From Pristiophorus japonicus (lineage: Eukaryota): a stretch of DNA of 64,000 bases. Positions 23,117 to 33,300 of the stretch are shown here, one piece after another. How positions within the stretch are numbered: the stretch's first letter is position 1; each line of letters begins with the position of its first letter. The position numbers and the translations under genes were made by a program. The notes beneath the pieces were generated by a model. It searched no databases. It saw only the letters and a program-made list of their open reading frames with translations, and was not told where the DNA came from. The stretch lies in assembly GCF_044704955.1 (NCBI RefSeq), contig NC_091995.1, forward strand, positions 44,950,001 to 45,014,000. Reading direction: 5' to 3'.

Positions 23117-23168
23117 CAGAGGAGACTGTGGGCACACAGTAAACATTCAGTAAAGTAACAAGCAGCAT
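23117..23168 (-). CDS. MHC class I-like heavy chain, exon 1 (signal peptide MLLVTLLNVYCVPTVSS)
   Basis: Minus strand reads agaacATG CTG CTT GTT ACT TTA CTG AAT GTT TAC TGT GTG CCC ACA GTC TCC TCT G|gtaagc. This is a 17-aa hydrophobic leader ending VSS with a strong phase-1 donor, in frame with alpha1 (G|AT = Asp). It is too short for the ORF track. Confidence 0.8.
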
Positions 23169-23219
23169 GTTCTAAAGGCATCCGAGACACTGATTAACCA
23201 GGAGAGAAGCTGCTGTAAC

Positions 23220-23325
23220 AGGAATTTAATCTCTTGTGCTTTTCAACACCACTCTGGCCTGAAGCTACTTATTGGTGCTCAGGTGCAGCAGATCTGGTAA
23301 CCCGATCCAGTGAGACTGAAAGGAC
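23220..23325 (-). promoter_or_regulatory. Putative proximal promoter of the class I-like gene
   Basis: Upstream of the ATG: ATTAAA (TATA-like, ~23225-23230), CCAAT (23271-23275) and an ISRE-like GAGACTGAAA (~23312-23321). Motif matches only. Confidence 0.35.
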
Positions 23326-23499
23326 TTGTTCAGGTCACTGGTTACCAGGGAGTGGAGTCTGCAGTCTGCCTATAACAGCAGGGGGTCACACTGAGGCCCA
23401 GCCCTTTATTAGCACTAAACCATCGCCCCTATTTACACCTTCTGTATTTCAATGGCATATTTTAGTGGAGTAACTATTTGTACTAAGTCTCCCGAAGCA

Positions 23500-24910
23500 T
23501 GCCCAGAAGCGAGAGTTGGGAAAAATATAACCAACTCCGCCCCCGCCAACCCCCACCCCAGCTCAATTCCCATTCACCTTTTTCTGCGCATATGCCCTCC
23601 TCTCCCATTCCCCACGCCACCCACAACCCCCCCGGCCCCGATCCAACACCACGTTGCCTCCGATTCATCCGGCAATAGCTCCCAGGCCGGAGCAACCGAA
23701 CGCATCCTCCACGCATCCACCAAGACCCAGAACCCCCTGAGCCCCGAACCGCCCGCAACCCTGAGCCCCACGCAGCCCCGAGCCCCCCGCAGCTCCGAGC
23801 CCACCGCAGCTCTGAGCCCCCCGCAGCCCCGAGCCCTGGGGCCCCACAGCTCCGAGACCCCCGCAGCCAGGAGCCCCAAGCCTCCCGCAGCCCCGAGCTC
23901 CCCCCAGCCCCGAGCCCCCCACAGGCCCGCAGCACCGAGCCCCCCGCAGCCCCGAGCCCCCCGCAGCCCTGAGCCCCACACCAGCCCTGAGCCCCCTGCA
24001 GCCCCAAGCCCCCTGCAGCCATGAGCCCCACACCAGCCCTGAGCCCCCTGCAGTCCCGAGCCCCCTGCAGTCCCGAGCCCCCTGCAGCCGCGAGCCCCCC
24101 GCAGCCCCGAACCCCAAGCCCCCCCGCAGCCCCGAGCCCCCAGGCCCCGAGCCCCCCACCAGCCCCGAGCCCCCCGCAGCCCCGAGCCCCCCGCATCCTC
24201 AAGCCTCCCAGGCCTTGAGCCCCCCGAGTTCCGAGCCCGCCCGAGCCCACAGCCCCGAGCCCCCGCGAGCTCCCAGAGCCCCCGCAGCCCCGAGCCCCGA
24301 GTGCCCCGAGCCTCCCGCAACCCCGAGCCACACACAACCCCGAGTCCCCCGCAGTCACAAGCCCCCCGCAGCCCCGAGCCCCCCGCAGCCCCAAGCCCCA
24401 AGCACCCGCAGCCCCGAGCCCCCCCGAGCCCACAGCCCCGAGCGCCCCAGGCCCCGAGCCCAGAGCCGCCTGCAGCCCCGAGCCCCCCACAGCAGGAGCC
24501 CCACAGCCCGAGCCCCCTGAGCCCCTTGCAGCCCGAGCCTCGAGCCCCACCCTCAGCCCCGAGTCCCCTACAGCCCTGAGCCCCGAGCCCTGAGCTCCCC
24601 CCCCACAGCCCCGAGCCCCCCACAGCAGGAGCCCCGCAGCCCGAGCCCCCTGAGCCCCTTGCAGCCCGAGCCTCGAGCCCCCACCCCAGCCCCGAGTCCC
24701 CTACAGCCCTGAGCCCCGAGCCCTGAGCCCCCCAGCCCCGAGCCCCCGCAGCCCCGAGCCCCCCGCAGCCGCGAGCCCCCCGCAGTCCAGAGCCCCCCGC
24801 AGCCCCGAGCTCCTAGCTGGTCTCTTTGGGACGGGGGTGGGGAAGAGAGAGAGAGCCTGCTTGCGGGGAGGATAGGACGAAAGCCTGTTTGAGGGAGAGA
24901 CAGGGTGGGG
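23500..24910. mobile_element. GC-rich composite element with (CCCCGAGCCCCCCGCAG)n array upstream of the class I-like gene
   Basis: CTGCGCATATG head, ~1.1-kb C-rich array, gggaagagagagagagcct tail as in 9146-10265. Confidence 0.6.
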
Positions 24911-25299
24911 GAGGAGAGAAGGAACTCAGAGAAGACAAATCATGTTCTTCCAATCTCCTTTACGCCCACACCCGACATCGTTGGAGTGGATGAAATCCTG
25001 AAGTCACGACACTAACACTTCATACCCAATAAACCTGTTAACAATCCACACACATCTGTGGCGGTTACAGAGGAGGTGGGGTGGGGTCATGCCGTTGCAC
25101 TGGGGTAAGGGACTTAGGCTGGGGGAGTGATGCACTTACACTGGTGTAAGGGGAATGCACTTATGCTGGGATAAAGAGGGACTTTGGCTGTGGGAGACAG
25201 CAGTTGTTCTTGGGTAAGGGTCTTCTGCTGGCAGAGGGATGCACTTACGCTGGGGTAATGGACTTCAGCTGTGCGAGGCAGCACATGTGCTGATGTAAG

Positions 25300-27013
25300 G
25301 AAATTTATAATGGGAAACAAAGAAATGGCGGACCAGTTAAACAAATACTTAGGTTCTGTCTTCATGAAGGAAGACACAAATAACTTTCCGGAAATACTAG
25401 AGGACCGAGGGTCTCATGAGAAGGAGGAACTGAAGGAAATCCTTATTAGGTGGGAAATTGTGTTGGGGAAATTGATGGGATTGAAGGCCGATAAATCCCC
25501 GGGGCCTAATAGTCTGCATCCCAGAGTACTTAAGGAAGTGGCCCGAGAAATAGTGGATGCATTGGTGATCATTTTCCAACAGTCTATCGACTCTGGATCA
25601 GTTCCTATGGACTGGAGGGTAGCTAATGTAACACCACTTTTGAAGAAAGGAGGGAGAGATCAGTAGTGGAGAAAATGTTGGAATCAATTATTAAAGATGA
25701 AATAGCAGCACATTTGGAAAGCAGAGACAGGATCGGTCCAAGTCAGCATGGCTTTATGAAAAGAGAATCATGCTTGACAAATCTTTTAGAATTTTTTGAG
25801 GATGTAACTGATAGAGTGGACAAGGGAGAACCACAGTGTATTTGGACTTTCAAAAGGCTTTTGACAAGGTCCCACACAAGAGATTGGTGTGCAAAATCAA
25901 AGCACATGGTATTGGGGGTAATGTACTGACATGGATAGAGAACTGGTTGGCAGACAGGAAGCAGAGAGTCGGGATAAACGGATCCTTTCCAGAATGGCAG
26001 GCGTGACTAGTGGGGTGCCGCAGGGCTCAGCGCTGGGACCTCAGCTATTTACAATATAGATGAAGGAATTGAGTGTAATATTCCAAGTTTGCAGATGAGC
26101 TGGGTGGCGGTGTGAGCTGTGAGGAGGATGCTAAGAGGCTGCAGGGTGACTTCGACAGGTTAGATGAGTGGACAAATGCATGGCAGATGCAGTATAATGT
26201 GGATAAATGTGAGGTTATCCACTTTGGTGGCAAAAACACGAAGGCAGAATATTATCTGAATGGCGGCAGATGAGGAAAAGGGGAGATGCAACGAGACCTG
26301 GGATTCATGGTATAGCAGTCATTGAAAGTTGGAATGCAGGAACAGTAGGCGGTGAAGAAGGCAATTGGTATGTTGGCCTTCATAGCTAGGGGATTTGAGT
26401 ACAGGAGCAGGGAGGTCTTACTGCAGTTGTACAGGGCCTTAGTGAGACCTCACCTGGAATATTGTGTTCAGTTTTGGTTTCCTAATCTGAGGAAGGATGT
26501 TCTTGTTATTGAGGGAGTGCAGCAAAGGTTCACCAGACTGATTCCCGGGATGGCAGGACTGACATATGAGGAGAGACTGGATCGACTGGGCCTGTATTCA
26601 CTGGAGTTTAGAAGGATGAAAGGGGATCTCATAGAAACGCATAAAATTCTGATGGAACTGGACAGGTTAGATGCAGGAAGAATGTTCCCAATGTTGGGGA
26701 AGTCCAGAACCAGGGAACATAGTCTAAGGATAAGGGGTAAGCCATTTAGGACTGAGATGAGGAGAAACTTCTTCACTCAGAGAGTTGTTAACCTTTCGAA
26801 TTCCCTACTGCAGAGAGTTGTTGATGCCAGTTCATTGGATATATTCAAGAGGGAGTTAGATATGGCCCTTACAACTAAAGGGATCAAGGGATATGGAGAG
26901 AAAGCAGGAAAGGGGTACTGAGGGAATGATCAGCCAAGATCTTATTGAATGGTGGTGCAGGCTCGAAGGGCCGAAGGGCCTACTCCTGCACCTATTTTCT
27001 ATGTTTCTATGTT
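25300..27013 (+). mobile_element. CR1 RT and 3' end, degenerate, inserted into a ~40-bp tandem repeat
   Basis: ORFs 25271-26921; the unit cacttac.ctggggtaatg occurs on both sides (25080-25270 and 27030-27060). Confidence 0.92.
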
Positions 27014-27099
27014 TCAGCTGGTGGAGGGATACACTTACACTGGGGTAATGAATTTCGGCTGGAACTTGGTGGCTTTTGGGGAGATTGATTCTCGGTGGC

Positions 27100-27280
27100 T
27101 TATGAAGTGAAAATGGATCGAATTACAACTTGGAAAGTCACTCAGAACTTGGGCTGGGCGGTTCCAGTTACATATTCCGGGGGAACTTCAGGGTATGGCT
27201 TATCCTCCAAGGGGACCAATCAGCAATAGGTCATGTGAAAATGGAGAGCCAATCAGAGAAACGGTTGAATTTCAGTTCGT
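27100..27280. promoter_or_regulatory. Candidate immune enhancer/promoter module
   Basis: GAAGTGAAA (IRF-like, 27104), GGAAAGTCAC and GGGGAACTTC (kB-like), GGGCGG, and two CCAATCAG (CTGATTGG Y-box on the gene's strand) at 27216 and 27249, 33 bp apart. Confidence 0.4.
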
Positions 27281-27364
27281 ACAACTAGACGCAGCCATTT
27301 GTATCGTGCCTTGGGACATCCCAAAAGGCTTTACAGGCAATTAAGTTCTGTTTGGAGTGTCAAC

Positions 27365-27870
27365 ATCATCATCATAGGCAGTCCCTCGAAATCGAGGAAG
27401 ACTTGCTTCCGCTCTAAAAGTGAGTTCTCAGGTGGCTGAACAGTCCAATATGGGAATTACAGTCTCTGTCACAGGTGGGACAGACAGTTGTTGAGGGAAG
27501 GTGTGGTGGGACTGGTTTTCCACATGCTCCTTCCGCTGCCTGCGCTTGATTTCTGCATGCTCTCGACGACGAGACTCGAGGTGCTCAGCACCCTCCCGGA
27601 TGCACTTCCTCCACTTAGGGCGGTCTTTGGCCAGGGATTCTCAGGTGTCGGTGGGGATGTTGCATTTTATCAAGGAGGCTTTGAGGGTGTTCTTGTAATG
27701 TTTCCTCTGCCCACCTTGGGCTTGCTTGCCATGTAGGAGTTCCGAGTAGAGCGCTTGCTTTGGGAGTCTTGTGTCAGGCATGCGAACAATGTGGCCCGCC
27801 CAACGGAGCTGGTCGAGTGTGGTCAGTGTTTCGATGCTGGGGATGTTGGCCTGATCGAGGACGCCAACGT
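27365..27870 (-). mobile_element. RTE-clade LINE 3' fragment inserted in a SINE
   Basis: QLRWAGHIVRMPDTRLPKQALYSEL...GGQRKHYK motif and (ATG)n tail; SINE halves at ~27300-27360 and ~27872-28125. Confidence 0.9.
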
Positions 27871-28127
27871 TAGTGTAGTCACTGCTGTAATGTAGGAAAC
27901 GCGGCAGCCAATTTGCGCACAGCAAGCTCCCACAAACAGCAATTTAATAATGATCAGATTATGTGATTTAGTGATGCTGGTTGAAGGATAAATCTTGGCC
28001 ATGACACCGGGGAAAACTCCATGCTCTTCTTCAAAATAGTGCCATGGAATCTTTCATGTCCACCTGAGAGGGCAGACAGGACCTTGGTTTAACCTCTCAT
28101 CCGAAAGATGGCACCTCCAACAGTGCA

Positions 28128-28655
28128 GGAGTACGCCATACGACCCCTCGGGCCTGCTCTGCCATTCAATAAGATCATGGCCGATCTTCTAAATCAATTC
28201 CACTTTCCCATCCTATCCCTTGACTCCCTTCGAGCCCAAGAATCTATCGATCTCTGTCTTGAATATACTCATCGACTGGCCATCCACAGCCCTCGAGGGC
28301 AGAGAATTACAAAGATCACAGTTCGAACATTGTGTCCAATGTTGGACACCGTTTGTTCAGAGGGATGTCAAGATCATGGAGAAGGTGTGGAAGAGATTTT
28401 CTTGGGTGATCCCTGGGTGTGAGCGGGTTGTGTTATGAGGACAGACTGGGATTATTTTCACTGGAACAGAGAAGGTCGAGGGGAGCTGATAGAGGGCTCC
28501 AAACTCTCAGGGTTTGGTCAAGTAAAGAGAATCAACACTTCTCATTGTTTGGTGAGTCAGTAACCGGAGGGCATAAATTTATCATCATCACCACAGGAGC
28601 AAAGGGGGCGATTTGGAGCAGTTATTTATAATGGAGAGGGATGTTGGGATATGGA
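28128..28655. repeat. Local duplicate, copy 2
   Basis: Matches 22045-22592. Confidence 0.9.
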
Positions 28656-29744
28656 AGCTGGGAAGCAGATATAATTGGAAAATTCCTCACCCTGATTCTC
28701 CTAGCACAGCTTGATGCAGTGGCATCTTCCGATATGCCGATTTATTCTAATTCAGTCACACCAACAACACAGTCAGTATTATTGCCTGTGGCACCAGCTG
28801 AAGTATTGAAGAGTCAGCAGCTAATTCTCCCCCATAATGGGACACAGAGTTCACTCCGGCCTTGCCTCACTCAGAGACTATAATTAACGGGCAGTGTTTG
28901 CTCAGAAATAAAAGTCATTCTGGGGCCTGAGCAGCACATTGGACAGTGCCAAAGTCCACGGTGTTTCTGTGAGGTGAAGGCGGGGCCGGGGGGCAGGGTT
29001 CGAATCTGCTTCCACCTCAGTGTCACCCTGCTGAAGTAGCACAATACGGTTTGGAAACAATTTACATTCATATAGCGCCTTTCACGACCTCAGGACATCC
29101 CAAAGCTTCACAGTCAATGATGTACTTTTGAAGTTTAGTCACTGGCCTAATGCAGGAAACATCATTAATTTTGTGAAATAGTTTGATACCAGGGCTGAAA
29201 GGGTTAACATATGAGGACAGGTTGCATAGACTGGGTTTGTTTTCCCTTAAGTATCGTAGATTAAGGGGCGCTGACATTCAGATGATGAAAGGATTTGATT
29301 GGGTGGATGGAGAGAAAGTATTTCCTCTGGTGGGTGGAATCCACAACAAGGGGACATCATCTTAAAATTAGAGTCAGGCTGTGCAATGAATTTGCTTCAT
29401 GTGTTCTTTGCTTAAGAATTCATGGCAACACATAGCTATTAAGAACTAGTTGGTTTATTAGCAAAGGTTTAACAATCACACTACACATTACTAGTTCATC
29501 CACCAGGCTCATTACCACCCGCCTCATCGTGGATCCCCTGTACCCAACTGGCTGGGGTTTTATTGAGTCTTGTGAACATCACGTGATGGGCTAACCTGTG
29601 AGCATACTCCCAGGTGCATACATTACAGGCTGTTCAGGGGTGTAGCCAGGAAACACATCTTCACACAAAGGGTCGTGGAATTCTGGAACTCGCTCCCACA
29701 AAATGCTTTTGGGGCTGGGGGTCAGCTGAAAATTTAAAAATATA

Positions 29745-30375
29745 AAAAATGTATTCGTTCATGTGATTCAGGCATCACTGGCAAGACCAGCATTTATTGC
29801 ACATCCTTAATTGCCCTTGAGTAGGTGGCGGTGAACCGTCTTCTGGACCCGCTCCAGTCCGTGAGGTGAAGGTACTACCACAGTGCTGTTGGGGAGGGAG
29901 TTCCAGGATTTTCACCCAGTGATGATGAAGGAATGGCGATATATTTCCAAGTCAGGATGGTGTGTGACTCGGAGGGGAACTTGTAGCTGGTGGTGTTCCC
30001 ATGCACCTGCTGCCCTTCTCATTCTAGGTGGTAGAGGTCACGTGTTTGGGAGGTGCTGTCGAAGAAACATTGGTGAATTGCTGCAATGCATCTTGTAGAT
30101 GGTACACACTGCAGCTACGGTACATCGGTGGTGAAAGGAGAGAATGTTTAGGGTAGTGGATGGGGTGCCAATCAAGTGGGTTGCTTTGTCCTTAATGGTA
30201 CCGAGCTTCTTGAGTGTTTTCGGAGCTGCACTCATACAGGCAAACTCCTGATTTGTGGAAAGGCTTTGGGGAGTCAGCATGTGAGTCACTCACCACAGAA
30301 TGCCCAGCCTCTGACCCGCTCTTGTAGCCACAGTATTTATGTGGCTGGTCCAGTTAAGTTTCTGGCCAATGGTGA
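29745..30375 (-). mobile_element. 3' fragment of a second LINE family (CR1/L2 group)
   Basis: LNWTSHINTVATRAGQRLGIL and HRCTVAAVCTIYKMHC; same family as 63375-64000. Confidence 0.8.
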
Positions 30376-30399
30376 CTGCTGGACAGAAGAGGAGGACAA

Positions 30400-33300
30400 G
30401 ACAAGTTGTGCAGGAGTATCCTGAGTCCATGTCACTCCCCAATTGGTACTCTGTTCTGAGAACCGGTGAGGACAATGGTGCCTCTGGGGAGTGCAGCCAG
30501 AGCCAAATCCACGGCACCACGGGTGGCTCAGCTGCACAGGGCGGGGAGGTAGAAGAATGAAAGAGCTATAGCGGTAGGGTATTCAATAGTCAGGGGAGCA
30601 GGCAGGCGTTTCTGCGGCTGCAGACAGACTCCAGGATGGTATGTTGCCTCCCTGGTGCCAGGGTCAAGGATGTCACTGAGCGGCTGCAGGGAATTCTGGG
30701 GGGAGAGGGTGAACCAAGAAATAGTGGGGGCTTGTAAAAAGGGAACAGCAATAATCATGGGTGATTTTAACCTCCATATTGATTGGTCAAATCAAATTGG
30801 TCAGGGTAGCCTTGAGGAAGATTCCATAAAGTGCATAAGGGATGGGTTCCTTGAGCAGTATGTAACAGAACCAACCAGGGGCAGGCTATCTTAGCTCTGG
30901 TCCTGTGTAATGAGACAGGATTAATAACCAATCTCCTGGTAAAGGATCCCCTTGGAATGAGTGATCATAGCGTGGTTGAATTTCAAATTCAGATGGAGGG
31001 CGAGAAAATTGGATCTCAAACCAGCGTAGTAAGCTTAAATAAAGGAGACTACAAAGGTATGAGGGGAGAGTTGGCTAAAGTGGACTGGGAAAATAGATTA
31101 AAGTGCAGGACGATTGATGAACAATGGCGTACATTTAAGGAGATATTTCATAACTCTCAAGAAAAATATATTCCAGTGAGGAGAAAAGGGTGTAAAAGAA
31201 AAGATAGCCATCTGTGGCTAACTAAAGAACTAAAGGATGGTATCTAATTAAAAACAAGGGCATACAAAGTGCTCAAAACAAGTGGGAGGACAGAAGATTG
31301 GAAAGCTTTTAATAACCAGCAAAGAATGACTAAAAAAATGATTCAGAAAGGGAAGATAGACTATGAAAGTAAACTAGCACAAAATATAAAAACAGATAGT
31401 AAGAGTTTCTACAGGTATATAAAAAGGAAAAGAGTGGCTAAAGTAAATTTTGGTCCCTTAGAGGACGAGACCGGGGAATTAGTAATAGGGAACATGAAGA
31501 TGGCAGAAACTCTGAAAAATATTTTGTATCAGTCTTTATGGTAGAGGACACTAAAAATATCCCAACAGTGGATATTTCAAGGGCCTAAACGGGGGAGGAA
31601 CTTAACATAATCACAATCACTAAGGAGGCGGTACTCAGTAAGATAATGGGCCTAAAGGCAGATAAGTCCCCTGGACCTGATGGCTTGCATCCTAGGGTCT
31701 TAAGAGAAGTAGCGGCAGGGATAGTGGATGCACTGGTTATAATTTACCAAAATTCCCTGGATTCTGGGCAGGTCCCAACACATTGTAAAGCTGCAAATTT
31801 AATGCTCCTATTTAAAAAAAGAGGCAGACAAAAAGCAGGAAACTATAAACCAGTTAGCCTAACATCTGTGATTGGGAAAACGTTGGAGTCCATTATTAAA
31901 GAAGCACTAGCAGGACATTTTGAAAAGCATAATTCAGTCAGGCAGAGTCAGCATGGATTTATGAAGGGGAAGTCATGTTTGACAAATTTGCTAGAATTCT
32001 TTGAGGATGTAACGAACAGGGTGGATAAAGGGGAAGCAGTGGATGTGGTGTATTTGGACTTCCAAAAGGCATTTGACAAGTTGCCACATAAAAGATTACT
32101 GCACAAGATAAAAGTTGGGGGTAATATGTTAGCATGGAGAGAGGATTGGCTAATTAACAGAAAACCGAGAGTCAGGATAAATGGTTCATTCTCGGGTTGG
32201 CAATCAGTAACTAATGGGGTGCCACAGGGATCAGTGCTGGGAACCCAACTATTTACAATCGATATTAGCGACTTGGATGAAGGGACCGAGTGTAACGAAA
32301 CCAAGTTTGCTGGTGATACAAAGATGGGAGGAGGAGCAATGTGTGAGTAGGACACAAAAAACATGCAAGAGGCTAAGTGAGTGGGCAAAAATTTGGCATA
32401 GAAACATAGAAAATAGGTGCAGGTGTAGGCCATTCAGCCTTTCTAGCCTGCACCGCCATTCAATGAGTTCATGGCAGAACATGCAACTTCAGTACCCTCT
32501 TCCTGCTTTCTGGCCATACCCCTTGATCCCCCGAGTAGTAAGGACTTCATCTAACTCCCTTTTGAATATATTTAGTGAATTGGCCTCAACTACTTTCTGT
32601 GGTAGAGAATTCCACAGGTTCACCACTCTCTGGGTGAAGAAGTTTCTCCTCATCTCGGTCCTAAATGGCTTACCCCTTATCCTTAGACTGTGACCCCTCG
32701 TTCTGGACTTCCCCAACATTGGGTACATTCTTCCTGCATCTAACCTGTCAAAACCCGTCAGAATTTTAAACGTTTCTATGAGGTCCCCTCTCATTCTTCT
32801 GAACTCCAATGAATACAAGCCCAGTTGATCCAGTCTTTCTTGATAAGTCAGTCCCACCATCCCGGGAATCAGTCTGGTGAATCTTCGCTGCACTCCCTCA
32901 ATAGCAAGAATGGCCTTCCTCAAGTTAGGAGACCAAAACTGTACACAATACTCCAGGTGTGGCCTCACCAAGGCCCTGTACAACTGTAGCAACACCTCCC
33001 TGCCCCTGTACTCAAATCCCCTCGTTATGAAGGCCAACATGCCATTTGCTTTCTTAACCGCCTGCTGTACCTGCATGCCAACCTTCAATGACTGATGTAC
33101 CATGACACCCAGGTCTCATTGCACCTCCCCTTTTCCTAATCTGTCACCATTCAGATAATAGTCTGTCTCTCTGTTTTTATCACCAAAGTGGATAACCTCA
33201 CATTTATCCACATTATACTTCACCTGCCATGCATTTGCCCACTCACCGAACCTATCCAAGTCACTCTGCAGCCTCATAGCATCCTCCTCGCAGATCACAC

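Noticed and set aside
23117-23125. 9-nt microexon (cacag|TCTCCTCTG|gtaagc)
   Set aside because: The frame extends upstream to the ATG at 23168 and gives a complete signal peptide, which is the simpler model.
23452-24623. Long Pro-rich and Gly-rich ORFs (also 9017-10480)
   Set aside because: GC-rich tandem repeat lacking stop codons by composition.
28865-28920. Possible paralogous leader exon next to duplicate copy 2
   Set aside because: The ATG frame (MTFISEQTLPVNYSL) hits a stop and is not hydrophobic; no alpha1 exon nearby.
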